Notes: generated from the letters alone by a model not told the origin. Shown: positions 53,248 to 63,186, numbered from the stretch's first letter. The stretch is DNA of 63,460 nucleotides from Magnetococcales bacterium (GCA_015231305.1 JADGBW010000006.1:1-63460), one strand, 5' to 3'. Program-made: numbers and translations.

Positions 53248-53267
53248 ATGATAGTTTTCAGATTTAA

Positions 53268-56200
53268 TTACAAGCTATTAACTGTCCTTCTACCACTAAA
53301 ATTAGCAGCACCTGTTCCAAACAGCCCTATAGCTCCTGATAATAGCTCTTCACTGGGGGTAACCTTATAAGCCTCCCCTAGTTTTAGCTGTACTTTACTA
53401 TCTGGTATAGTCAAATTGACAACAACCCGGCAAGCCGTGCCACTGTTTTTTGATATTAGCTCTGCTAAACTATCCATACCTTTGTTTGCTAACTGTTCAT
53501 GCTTAATCTGCAAGCGCAACTCCCGACAAAAGCCCCCCCTAAAATCTGCTAGACTAACAACATCAGTAGCCATCATTTTTGGCTCTTCTTCTCCTGGTTC
53601 TATGGTTCCTGTTACTACTAGCAACCCCTCTTCGTCTAGAAGGTCACGGCATGCGGTAAATACTTCTGAAAAAGCAATAACTTCAATCTGTCCAGCCATA
53701 TCCTCAAGAGAGAAAAAGGCCATTAGTTCACCTTTTTTTGTCCTATGAATTTTTTTGTCAACCACCACCCCTGCTATGCGTACATCATCCTGTGGGTTAG
53801 CTCTAGGGCCAAATTTTTTCTTAATATGGTCCGAGTCTTTAATGCCATAATCTGCAAGCTCAGGCAGATACTTACGCATGGGATGACCCGACATATAAAA
53901 ACCTAGGGCATCATTTTCAAAAGATAGCTTTACATCATCGCTAAGAGGTTTTACTGCTGGTAGTTGTGGTTCACTCTCAGGAGTATCACCAAAAAGATCC
54001 AGGCAACCATGGTCGGACTCCTCCTGCCGTCTGCTTCCTTGGCTTAAGGCTGAAGGCAAGGCTTTTAATAGGGCTGCTCTATTTTCAGAAAGGCAATCGC
54101 ACCCACCAGATTTAATTAGGTTTTCCATCATACGGCGGTTTAAACCAGCTGTTGCAGCACGGTGACAAAGATCATACAAACTTTTAAAAGGCCCAGTACC
54201 GTCATCTCTAGCTGCTAACATGGCATCTACAGCACCCTCGCCAACATTTTTAACAGCTGCCAAACCATATTGTACCGCACCATCTTTAACACCAAAGTCT
54301 CTGCCAGAAACATTAACATCTGGTGGCAAAACCTTAAGCCCCATCTCTCGGCATTCACGGACAAAAAGTGTTACTTTATCAGTGTTTAGCTTATCACATG
54401 TTAAAGTTGCAGCCATAAACTCTACGGGGTAATGGGTTTTTAACCATGCGGTTTGATAGGAGATCAAAGCATAAGCAGCAGAGTGAGATTTATTAAAACC
54501 GTAACCTGCAAATTTTTCCATTAAATCAAAAATATATTCCGCTTTTTTGGCATCAATACTGTTTTCGGCAGAACCTTTCATAAAAATAGCTCGCTGAGAG
54601 GCCATCTCTGAAGCTTTCTTTTTACCCATAGCACGTCGGAGCAGATCAGCACCCCCTAGAGAATACCTTGCTAAAACCTGAGCAATTTTCATCACCTGCT
54701 CTTGATAGAGGATAACTCCAAAGGTCTCTTTTAATATTGGCTCCAGCTCTGGCAGAGGATATTCCACCGCAACCCGTTTATGTTTACGGTTAATAAAATC
54801 GTCAACCATACCTGACCCCAAAGGACCGGGACGGTAGAGAGCAACAAGAGCAACAATCTCTTCAAATGTATCTGGAGCCAGTTTTTTTAATATCTCCCGC
54901 ATACCAGAAGATTCTAACTGAAACACACCTTTAGATTTACCATCTTTTAAAAGCTGAAAGGTCTCTTTATCTTCTAAGTCAATAGTATCAATATCAACTG
55001 GCTCTTCACCTCGTGCGATACGAGGACCATTAACAAGGCGTAAAGATTCATGGATGACTGTTAAGGTTTTTAGGCCCAAAAAGTCAAACTTTACCAAACC
55101 AGCACGTTCAACATCTATCATGTTAAACTGGGTTACAGGCATGGTAGATCGCGGGTCTAAATAGAGAGGGACCATGTCAGTTAATGGTCCATTAGCCATT
55201 ACCACACCCGCAGCGTGGGTTCCGCAAGAACGTGGAAGACCCTCCAGGGTTAAAGCTAAATCAATTAACTCGGCGACCTCCCTATCTTCTTGTATTAATT
55301 TATTAAGCCGTTCTTCTTCATCTATAGCTTTTTTCAGTGTTATACCAATAACATTGGGAACAAGTTTGGCAATACCATCTACCTGCCCATAGGGTAATTG
55401 TAAAACCCTGCCCACATCGCGTATAACAATTTTAGACTGCAAAGTACCAAAGGTAATAATCTGCGCTACTCTATCATCGCCATATTTATGCTGCACATAT
55501 TCAATAACGTTTTGCCGTTTATCCATACAAAAATCTACGTCAAAGTCAGGCATAGATACACGTTCTGGGTTAAGAAACCTCTCAAACAATAATTGATAAC
55601 GAATAGGGTCTAAATCGGTAATATCCAAACTCCAAGCCACCAAAGAACCAGCACCAGAACCACGCCCTGGACCCACAGGTATATTCTCTTTTTTAGCCCA
55701 ACGTATAAAGTCTGATACAATTAGGAAATAGCCAGGAAAACCCATTTGCAAGATAACTTCTAGCTCAAACTTAAGCCTATCATTATATTGTTTTGTTATT
55801 TCGGCATGCTCTTTTTCATCAAACCGTGGCAGAACGTGATTTGACAGACGAGATTTAAGACCATCGTGTGATTGAAGCCGTAACCAAGAAGCAAGATCTT
55901 CCCCAGCGGGAAGCTGAAAGTTGGGCAGTACAGTTTTACCTAAATCTAACTGTAAGTTACACCGCTTAGCTATTTGAATTGTATTTTCAATGGCTTCTGG
56001 TATATCAGAAAACGTATCGACCATCTCATCAGCAGTAGCAAAATGAAAACGATCGTTAAAACTCTCCCGGTTGCTATCATCAGCTAATGACTGCCCTAAA
56101 CCGATACAGCGAAGGGTATCAAAAGCCCGTAAATCCTTTTTTTCAAAAAAATGGACATTGTTACTAGCAACAACAGGAATATCCAACTCTATTGCAAGCT

Positions 56201-56795
56201 TGGCTGTGTTGTGGATCAACTCCTCTTCTTCTACTAACCCATGGCGTTGTAACTCAAGATAAAAACCCTGCTCTGAAGTAGTTTTATCTTTATATAAACT
56301 GGCAAGTTCTATAGCTTTTTCACGAGCCAAATCAACCTCACCCAAAGCTAAAAGGCGACCAACCCCACCTTTTACACCAGCCGAAAGAGCAATCAACCCC
56401 TCGTTATGTTTACTTAGAAGATCTAAATCAACCCGTGGTTTACCATGGCTACCATCAAGATGCCCAATAGATATTAATTCCAGCAGATTTAGCCACCCCT
56501 GATTATTACGACACAGCAGCACCAACTCTTCTCTAATCTCTTTATCTTCACGGACGGTAGTATCAGTATGGTCTGCAACAACATATACCTGCGCCCCTAA
56601 AATCGGCTTAATACCAGCCTTCATACAACCAGAGAAAAACTGCACAGCAGCAAACAGGTTACCCTGATCAGTCAAAGCCAACGCAGGCATGTTCTCCTTT
56701 GCAGCCCTTGCAATAAGGTCCTCAACCCTAATAGTAGAGTTAAGCAAAGAGTAGCCAGAGTGAACATGCAAGTGAATAAAAGGAGCGTGTGTCAT
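53268..56795 (-). CDS. dnaE: DNA polymerase III alpha subunit
   Basis: HLHVHS, GPGRGSGAGS, PDFDVDF, FAGYGFNKSH; no intein visible. Confidence 0.98.
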   Translation of the reverse strand: MTHAPFIHLHVHSGYSLLNSTIRVEDLIARAAKENMPALALTDQGNLFAAVQFFSGCMKAGIKPILGAQVYVVADHTDTTVREDKEIREELVLLCRNNQGWLNLLELISIGHLDGSHGKPRVDLDLLSKHNEGLIALSAGVKGGVGRLLALGEVDLAREKAIELASLYKDKTTSEQGFYLELQRHGLVEEEELIHNTAKLAIELDIPVVASNNVHFFEKKDLRAFDTLRCIGLGQSLADDSNRESFNDRFHFATADEMVDTFSDIPEAIENTIQIAKRCNLQLDLGKTVLPNFQLPAGEDLASWLRLQSHDGLKSRLSNHVLPRFDEKEHAEITKQYNDRLKFELEVILQMGFPGYFLIVSDFIRWAKKENIPVGPGRGSGAGSLVAWSLDITDLDPIRYQLLFERFLNPERVSMPDFDVDFCMDKRQNVIEYVQHKYGDDRVAQIITFGTLQSKIVIRDVGRVLQLPYGQVDGIAKLVPNVIGITLKKAIDEEERLNKLIQEDREVAELIDLALTLEGLPRSCGTHAAGVVMANGPLTDMVPLYLDPRSTMPVTQFNMIDVERAGLVKFDFLGLKTLTVIHESLRLVNGPRIARGEEPVDIDTIDLEDKETFQLLKDGKSKGVFQLESSGMREILKKLAPDTFEEIVALVALYRPGPLGSGMVDDFINRKHKRVAVEYPLPELEPILKETFGVILYQEQVMKIAQVLARYSLGGADLLRRAMGKKKASEMASQRAIFMKGSAENSIDAKKAEYIFDLMEKFAGYGFNKSHSAAYALISYQTAWLKTHYPVEFMAATLTCDKLNTDKVTLFVRECREMGLKVLPPDVNVSGRDFGVKDGAVQYGLAAVKNVGEGAVDAMLAARDDGTGPFKSLYDLCHRAATAGLNRRMMENLIKSGGCDCLSENRAALLKALPSALSQGSRRQEESDHGCLDLFGDTPESEPQLPAVKPLSDDVKLSFENDALGFYMSGHPMRKYLPELADYGIKDSDHIKKKFGPRANPQDDVRIAGVVVDKKIHRTKKGELMAFFSLEDMAGQIEVIAFSEVFTACRDLLDEEGLLVVTGTIEPGEEEPKMMATDVVSLADFRGGFCRELRLQIKHEQLANKGMDSLAELISKNSGTACRVVVNLTIPDSKVQLKLGEAYKVTPSEELLSGAIGLFGTGAANFSGRRTVNSL

Positions 56796-56813
56796 GCTAA
56801 AATACTACCTTAC

Positions 56814-57920
56814 TCAACGCTCAAGATCTAACTCAATTTTTATCTCTTCACCCTCACGCACAATGTCTAAAATAGCTGTGGTTCCCCACTCTAGTCTTTT
56901 TGTTAGCCATACTAACCTTTTGCTTGATGTTATCTTTTGACCATTTAGGTGAGTTATTTCATCTTCTGGTTTTAGGCCGTGTTTGGCAGCTAATGAACCT
57001 TCCATTACACTTTTTATATACACTTCTTGGTCAATATCTTCTAGAAAAATGCCAAACCTAACCGGTGGTGGGGGTGGTTTAGGAACCCCCCAAGCGTAGT
57101 ATGCTATTGTTTGATCTGGCCAATCTTGGTCTATGTTCCACGGTAGAACTGTGGCTATATTGTCTATCCCCTGGCTTTTTAATTGGTGGGGTATACCGTG
57201 ACCGTATGATATGTGGCCACTTCCTGTTAATCCAATAACTAACCCATAGGGGTTATGGCCTAACCATTCACTAATTTGGGTTGCCATCACCCCATCCCAA
57301 ACCTGCTGTGCCTGGACAAAGTTTTTAAAATCACCCAATTTTGACATCATAGGGTGACTATCGAACACATCCTTTAATATCAAAGTATATTCTCTACTTG
57401 CCGGAGCAATTTTTGGTAGCTTATGGCGTATTGACTCATCAACCCCATCCACACCTTTTAGACGCACCTCTTTAACTATCTCTCGTTTTATATTCATCGC
57501 TAGAAGAGGTACTTGGTTATCTCTGGCAAATCGTAAAATTTCCATATACAAATTTGCATCAAAGCCCCAAATATTATCCCAGTCTACTGCCTCTAAAAAA
57601 TCTTTACGGGTTAGTTCATCAGCGACCCATCTGTCTAATATTGGTTGTAGATGCCGGGGAAACATCTCTAAACCTATAACAATATTTTTATGGCGTTTGT
57701 GTAAAGCCTTAATAATCTTAAGCTGCACCTTGTGATGGTGAACATTGTCATGAGTCTCACCAACAAGCACCACCTGTCTTTTGTTTAACTGGTCGTAAAA
57801 CTGCTCTTGGGTGATAGTTTTATGGCGAAACAGGTTGACAATTTGCCCACTTTCAATTTGTTGAGGCCCCATTATTATCACCTGAAAAAAAATAAATCCG
57901 AGAATTAAGAAAGGTATCAT
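56814..57920 (-). CDS. ChaN-family (EreA/TraB-like) protein with C-terminal PDZ domain
   Basis: VGETHDN..HH..Q, GLEMF, AQQVWD..MA and GSGH; PDZ GSLAAKHGLK..D.I. Confidence 0.85.
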   Translation of the reverse strand: MIPFLILGFIFFQVIIMGPQQIESGQIVNLFRHKTITQEQFYDQLNKRQVVLVGETHDNVHHHKVQLKIIKALHKRHKNIVIGLEMFPRHLQPILDRWVADELTRKDFLEAVDWDNIWGFDANLYMEILRFARDNQVPLLAMNIKREIVKEVRLKGVDGVDESIRHKLPKIAPASREYTLILKDVFDSHPMMSKLGDFKNFVQAQQVWDGVMATQISEWLGHNPYGLVIGLTGSGHISYGHGIPHQLKSQGIDNIATVLPWNIDQDWPDQTIAYYAWGVPKPPPPPVRFGIFLEDIDQEVYIKSVMEGSLAAKHGLKPEDEITHLNGQKITSSKRLVWLTKRLEWGTTAILDIVREGEEIKIELDLER

Positions 57921-59371
57921 AGTAATTGATTTAACTCTTTTTCAACCATGTTTAAGATGGTTTTTTCAGCTTGAGGATCTACAAAAACTCGCACCTGACG
58001 GCGATTGTTTTTACCAAGAAAACTAATAAGGTCAGAAATTTCCTCGGCAGGACGAATTTCACCGTTGCCTGAAACTACATATACAGGCTCCGAATGACCA
58101 GACGTATACTGTAAATGGGCGTAAGGGGCACGGTCTAGGTAATCAACGTATACTAATAAACGTAGGGGTATTTGGCGTATATTGCCATTTTCATCTTTTA
58201 TTTCTAGAAGATCTTCAGCTCGCTGAGCAAAAAAATGTTCAACTTTCTTTGCCATAGCAGGGTCGGTAATAACATCGGAATATATTTTTTGCCAAAATAT
58301 ACGTCTATATACTGGTTGGCGATTACGAAACAGGCTGCATTTCCAACGTAGATCTGCTTGCCCGTATGATTGGGGCTTCATATCTGCCCACTGACCAAAA
58401 CAGTAGTCAAATAGGGTGTCGTCCAGTGCTAAATAGTCACTTAAAATAGGCTTTTGATCTTTATTAGAGACCCCATTTAAAAAACCAGCCATCTGCTTTG
58501 GCATGCCTGGAGGCCAAGCACCATCTTTAGCTTTAATCCATATAAGCAGTTGAAAAATGTGGATCAAAAGAGCCTCAAACGCCCGCACAGTTTTATGGTC
58601 GTAGACCTGACGGTACATATGATCACGAGCTGAAATATAGCTCTCTAAAGCTACCGGACCTTTTGCTAAATCTACACACAACCTAAATGAACCATCAACC
58701 TCTTCTGCTCTTAAACTATGCAGCAGCCACTCTAAGTCGTAACTACCATAAGATACACCTGTAAAACAGGCATCACGCAGAAGATAATCCATCCTATCGG
58801 CATCTAACTGGCTGGAGATAATCTGCTTGCCTAAGTGTACTTCGCCGTGGGGTGGGTTGTGCCCCCAAATACCTTTAAGGTGTGAAAAAAATTTTTCAGA
58901 ACTTATATTTAACCGCTTACAATGTTTAATTATTACTTCTCTAGGATTGCCATCACCAGCAAGTACACGCCACCCCCATACTTCATGGCTTTCAATACCT
59001 GGCACAAGGTGCTCAAAAACATGAGAATAAGGGCCATGACCTACATCGTGAAAAAGAGCAGCTACCTTAACTGCCAGCATTAACTCACGATCCATCAACC
59101 TACCTTTTTTTAAAGGTAAGGTTGCTAAAATACGTTTTGCTAGGTGCATAGTACCTAAAGCATGAGAAAAACGAGAGTGTTCTGCTGAAGGGTAGACCAT
59201 TGCTGCTGGTCCAAGTTGACGAATACGCCGCAACCTTTGTAGCTCTTGGGTGTCTATAAGATCCAAAAGCATTGCGCCGCCCCACTCGGTAGGGTCACTG
59301 GCAGGTCCTTTGCGCTCCCTATGTAGGGAGATCATATTATGGACAGCATCCCTAAAAACCTTGCTACTCAT
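57917..59371 (-). CDS. HD-domain dNTP triphosphohydrolase-like (YdhJ/SAMHD1 family)
   Basis: RDAVH, QRLRRIRQLG, HSRFSH, HDVGHGPYSH, LDADRMDYLLRD and MYRQVY. Confidence 0.9.
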   Translation of the reverse strand: MSSKVFRDAVHNMISLHRERKGPASDPTEWGGAMLLDLIDTQELQRLRRIRQLGPAAMVYPSAEHSRFSHALGTMHLAKRILATLPLKKGRLMDRELMLAVKVAALFHDVGHGPYSHVFEHLVPGIESHEVWGWRVLAGDGNPREVIIKHCKRLNISSEKFFSHLKGIWGHNPPHGEVHLGKQIISSQLDADRMDYLLRDACFTGVSYGSYDLEWLLHSLRAEEVDGSFRLCVDLAKGPVALESYISARDHMYRQVYDHKTVRAFEALLIHIFQLLIWIKAKDGAWPPGMPKQMAGFLNGVSNKDQKPILSDYLALDDTLFDYCFGQWADMKPQSYGQADLRWKCSLFRNRQPVYRRIFWQKIYSDVITDPAMAKKVEHFFAQRAEDLLEIKDENGNIRQIPLRLLVYVDYLDRAPYAHLQYTSGHSEPVYVVSGNGEIRPAEEISDLISFLGKNNRRQVRVFVDPQAEKTILNMVEKELNQLL

Positions 59372-59377
59372 ATAATA

Positions 59378-59818
59378 CTATTCACCTTCAGGAAGATCAT
59401 GTAACACGGACCAAGCCAGACGATATTTTTTTAAACGCTTCCAATCTCGCTCACTTGGGCTGTGGTTTAATCGCCTTATATCCATATTGTCTTCCAAATC
59501 GCGTAGCTTGACATAACGGGCGAGAGAGTTTCCTTTAATCCGTAAAATATAGCTTTGATAATCCTCACCTTCTCTATGGGTAAGGTGGTCCAAGGCATCT
59601 AACACCCGCTGGGAAAATCCAGCCTTTCGTAAATCTTCAAAGGTGGTATCGGTATCTTCTACTAAATCGTGGAGTACAGCTACAATTCTGGCAGTTTCAT
59701 CTCGCATTCGCATCATTATGCGTAGCGGATGCAGAATGTAGGGTTGATCAGCCTTATCAACCTGTCCTGCATGACCTGCAACAGCAAGGGCAATTGCTTT
59801 TTCAAGAAGAGTAGCCAT
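59378..59818 (-). CDS. small RelA/SpoT-type HD hydrolase (SAH/Mesh1-like)
   Basis: HAGQ.DK...PYILHP, LHDLVEDT and VKL.DLEDN. Confidence 0.85.
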   Translation of the reverse strand: MATLLEKAIALAVAGHAGQVDKADQPYILHPLRIMMRMRDETARIVAVLHDLVEDTDTTFEDLRKAGFSQRVLDALDHLTHREGEDYQSYILRIKGNSLARYVKLRDLEDNMDIRRLNHSPSERDWKRLKKYRLAWSVLHDLPEGE

Positions 59819-59830
59819 AAAACAAATATC

Positions 59831-60946
59831 TCACATAACGCTAAGCATTCGATCCAACGCCTTTTTGGCAGAAATAGCCACAGCTGAAGGAACCGTAATT
59901 GGGTTAACAACATGCCCTGCTACCAAGTTTTCTAGGGTCCAACACAAATGCTGGGTATCAATACGAAACATAGTTGAACACATGCAAATTGTAGGGCAAA
60001 GAAAATGTATCTCTTTATCTGGCATCTCATGCTTTAGGCGGTTTACCAAATTTAGCTCTGTACCTATGGCCCATTTACTACCAGAAGGAGCATTACGCAC
60101 TGCTGATTGAATCTGTTCGGTGGAACCTAAATGGTCAGCCTTCATGCAAACTTCATAGCTGGATTCTGGGTGTACAGTTATTTGAATACCAGGAATTTGC
60201 TCTCTGAATTGGTCGATATGGGCAGGTAGAAACATTTGATGTACAGAACAAAAGCCGTCCCATAAAATAACCTTAGCATCTTTTATCTGCTGAGCAGTTA
60301 AACCACCATTAGGCTCGCTTGGCTTCCAGATAACCATCTCATCAAGAGCTATCCCCATAGCAGCAGCACTGTTGCGCCCTAAATGTTGGTCTGGAAAAAA
60401 AAGTACTTTTTCCCTCTTCTCAAAAGCCCAAGCTAATACTTTTTGTGCATTTGAAGAGGTGCAAACAGTGCCCCCATGATCACCACAAAAACCTTTTAAA
60501 TCAGCCATAGAGTTGACATAAGTAACAGGAGTAACCACGCTTTCGACATCTATAACCTTACCAATTGCCTGCCATGCTATCTCAACTGAAGGGAGGTCTG
60601 CCATATCAGCCATAGAACAACCAGCTGCCATATCTGGCAAAACCGCTATTTGTTCTGGGGTGGAGAGTATATCTGCCACCTCAGCCATAAAATGGACACC
60701 ACAAAAGACAATATAACGGGCATCAGGTCTTTTGGATGCCAAACGAGATAGCTTTAGAGAGTCACCAGAATAATCTGCAAACTTATACACTTCTTCACGT
60801 TGATAGTGATGCCCCAAGATAACACATGTGTCACCAAGGGTAGTTTTTGCAGCTTGTATTCGACTTTCTAATTCAGCATCAGAAAGTTCATATAGTGGTT
60901 CTAACAATACCGGGCTGGGATCAGACATGATAATATTTGAACTCAT
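59831..60946 (-). CDS. nadA: quinolinate synthase
   Basis: GHHYQ, FCGVHFMAE, AGCSMAD, CTSSNA and C.VH. Confidence 0.96.
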   Translation of the reverse strand: MSSNIIMSDPSPVLLEPLYELSDAELESRIQAAKTTLGDTCVILGHHYQREEVYKFADYSGDSLKLSRLASKRPDARYIVFCGVHFMAEVADILSTPEQIAVLPDMAAGCSMADMADLPSVEIAWQAIGKVIDVESVVTPVTYVNSMADLKGFCGDHGGTVCTSSNAQKVLAWAFEKREKVLFFPDQHLGRNSAAAMGIALDEMVIWKPSEPNGGLTAQQIKDAKVILWDGFCSVHQMFLPAHIDQFREQIPGIQITVHPESSYEVCMKADHLGSTEQIQSAVRNAPSGSKWAIGTELNLVNRLKHEMPDKEIHFLCPTICMCSTMFRIDTQHLCWTLENLVAGHVVNPITVPSAVAISAKKALDRMLSVM

Positions 60947-60956
60947 TAAATATTAA

Positions 60957-61120
60957 CCTAGAAACTGCAGTTTAAAGAGCGTGCATAGTGTAATCTATTG
61001 ATTTTTCTGGTGTATCAGTAGAATATCGTGGTCACCTTGTTGGTGACAAGACTTTCTTCTGATATGCTAGGTGAATCAATAGGTTGCGCTAGGCGCGCGT
61101 TTACAACTGCTGTTTCCAGG
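60957..61120. mobile_element. 164-bp MITE-like palindromic element, copy 2
   Basis: About 86% identical to copy 1 by manual alignment, same orientation; flanks ATTAA/TTTAA (4/5 match). Confidence 0.8.
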
Positions 61121-61151
61121 TTTAAGTTAACAAAATAACGGATACCCTAAA

Positions 61152-62291
61152 TTGCCCCATTCTAACAATCAAAGAGCAAAACTAAAAGAGCAGTTAAGAA
61201 GAATCGCCTTAGATGAGGGCTTTTCTCCCGTAGCTTTTGCCTCGCCACAAAAACCACCTCAAGGAGAATTTTTAACAAAATGGCTTAAAAACGGCTCCCA
61301 TGGTGATATGGAATGGATGGCAAAAAACCAGGAAAAACGCCAAGACCCTAACCTGTTAATGCCGGGGCTGGGTTCTATAATGGTGTTGGGGCTAAACTAT
61401 CGCCCCCAAGGTAATCACAGCCCATATCTTAACGACCCTGCTGCTTTGGGTGTTTCGGCTTACGCAAGAAATGTTGAATATCAGGGCTTTATTAAAAAAA
61501 AGTTAAAAAAGTTAGCACAACAGATAGAAAAACTACTAGGTCGTAGAATTGATGGCAGAATTTTTGTTGATACCGCACCAGTATTAGAAAAACCAATAGC
61601 AGCAAGTGCCGGCTTAGGTTGGCAGGGGAAAAACAGCTTATTGGTAAATCGCAATTACGGATGCTGGCTTTTTTTAGCAGAATTTTTTCTAGAACTAGAC
61701 CTACCACCAGACCCACCATCAAAAGAACACTGTGGAACCTGCAACCGCTGCCAAAAAGCCTGCCCTACAAACGCCCTAAATACCCCGTGGCAGCTAGATG
61801 CCAAAGAGTGCCTAGCCTATTTTACCATAGAATCATCAGCACCAATCCCCCACAAACACCGCAAAGCCATGGGCAACCGGGTGTTTGGGTGTGACGACTG
61901 CTTAACAATATGCCCCTGGAACCGCTTCACCCCCCAAAGTAGTGAAACAATATTCAACCCCCGCCCAATATTAAAAGCCCCCAAACTTTTAGAGTTCGCC
62001 TTTTTAGACGATGCAAAATTTCGCACCACTTTTAGCAAGTCCGCAATAAAACGCACTGGCCGTATAAAGTTTATGCGCAACCTAGCAATAGCACTAGGCA
62101 ACTGGGGCAACATTGCAGCACTGCCAGCCTTAAAACACCTATTTAACGATGAAAACCCATTAATAAGAGGCCATGCTGCGTGGGGTTTAGGGCAAATCCC
62201 CTCAGAACATGCTATAGACCTACTAAAAAAAGCAGAAAAAAATGAAGAAGATCAAACAGTTTTAGAAGAGATTTGTATTGCCTTAAGATAG
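61152..62291 (+). CDS. queG: epoxyqueuosine reductase
   Basis: FVDTAPVLEK, GWQGKN, CGTCNRCQKACP and FGCDDC..CPWN; HEAT-like tail. Confidence 0.95.
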   Translation: MPHSNNQRAKLKEQLRRIALDEGFSPVAFASPQKPPQGEFLTKWLKNGSHGDMEWMAKNQEKRQDPNLLMPGLGSIMVLGLNYRPQGNHSPYLNDPAALGVSAYARNVEYQGFIKKKLKKLAQQIEKLLGRRIDGRIFVDTAPVLEKPIAASAGLGWQGKNSLLVNRNYGCWLFLAEFFLELDLPPDPPSKEHCGTCNRCQKACPTNALNTPWQLDAKECLAYFTIESSAPIPHKHRKAMGNRVFGCDDCLTICPWNRFTPQSSETIFNPRPILKAPKLLEFAFLDDAKFRTTFSKSAIKRTGRIKFMRNLAIALGNWGNIAALPALKHLFNDENPLIRGHAAWGLGQIPSEHAIDLLKKAEKNEEDQTVLEEICIALR

Positions 62292-62332
62292 TTTAATGTA
62301 GTTTCAAATCATAAAAGTACTAAAACTACTAT

Positions 62333-62428
62333 GGGTCCAGAGAGATAACCTACCTGTTTGGTTTGGGTAAAGCCAAGGTTTTGCCTTTATTTTCAAAAGG
62401 GTGGGGTTTGGGGGAATGCAAGCCCTAA
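62333..62428. repeat. degenerate G-rich REP-like stretch
   Basis: GGGTCCAG...GGTTTGGGTAAAGCCAA and GGTGGGGTTTGGGGGAATGCAAGCCCTAA; decayed mini-hairpins in an AT-rich spacer. Confidence 0.3.
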
Positions 62429-62537
62429 TAATGAAAAGCACATAGACAGAAATTGAAATCACTAAAACAAAAAAAAACAGCTATAAAACATTTTTAAAAC
62501 CTAAAACCAAAATCTTAGTTATGCTCAACGGAGTAAA

Positions 62538-62953
62538 CTATCCTTGCTGGGCTTGTTCTTCGTTATATTCGTAGACAGTAGAATTATTTTGAATATAATC
62601 CACAACTACTCGCTTTATCGCGGACTACACAACTTTTACATACTTGCTTTTCATGTTAAAGCTTAGATTTTCCCCGTATTTTCCTTTTTTCAAATCAATA
62701 AATGTTGGAATATAATCTGTACCATCAACAACTATAATTAAATATCTAAAATCAACCCTACGTATATAAACCCGTAATTTAATATGCTCAACTACGATTT
62801 CAAATATAGTTTCACTTTTTAAAAAAACTTCGCCTTGTTTAAACCCTTCATCAATAAATTCTTTAACATCATCAACAATATCATTTTCACTTATTGTTTT
62901 TTAAAATCTTTAAGGTTCAGTTTAAATGTATCTGTTACAACAATATATCTCAT
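62538..62953 (-). pseudogene. RelE-like toxin gene, frameshifted
   Basis: MRYIVVTDTFKLNLKDFK, then a shift in an A6 run (~62897-62902) into TISENDIVDDVKEF...HIKLRV...DFRYLI...FIDLKKG. TAG at 62625 and again at 62538. TAATG coupling to the upstream ORF. Confidence 0.55.
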
Positions 62954-63186
62954 TATATTTTTATTGAATTTTCAAACTTCCTTTCTTTGAAATGTGAAGC
63001 AAGTTTTTCAAGTGCATCTCTGCTTTCTTGTGATTCCAAAGCTTTAAGAGCAGCCTCTTCAAAATCTTGATCCTCTGAATCAGATTCAATTGTAACCTTA
63101 TATTTTTGGTCAGGTCTTCCACCAAGCTCAGTTAGCCAGTTAGTAGGAAGTTGAGAACCATCAACATATTTTAGCACCGATGACAT
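62953..63186 (-). CDS. small acidic protein, putative antitoxin
   Basis: MSSVLKYVDGSQLPTNWL..LG..PDQKYKVTIE (AbrB-like beta pattern) plus an acidic helix; start moved to 63186. Confidence 0.55.
   Translation of the reverse strand: MSSVLKYVDGSQLPTNWLTELGGRPDQKYKVTIESDSEDQDFEEAALKALESQESRDALEKLASHFKERKFENSIKI

Noticed and set aside
53167-53370. 67-aa ORF on the + strand
   Set aside because: It starts inside the repeat element and runs antisense into dnaE.
53085-61120. Composite transposon formed by the two elements around dnaE-nadA
   Set aside because: Copy 1 has its own ATGAT duplication, the outer flanks (ATGAT vs TTTAA) do not match, and the cargo is core genes. Independent insertions fit better.
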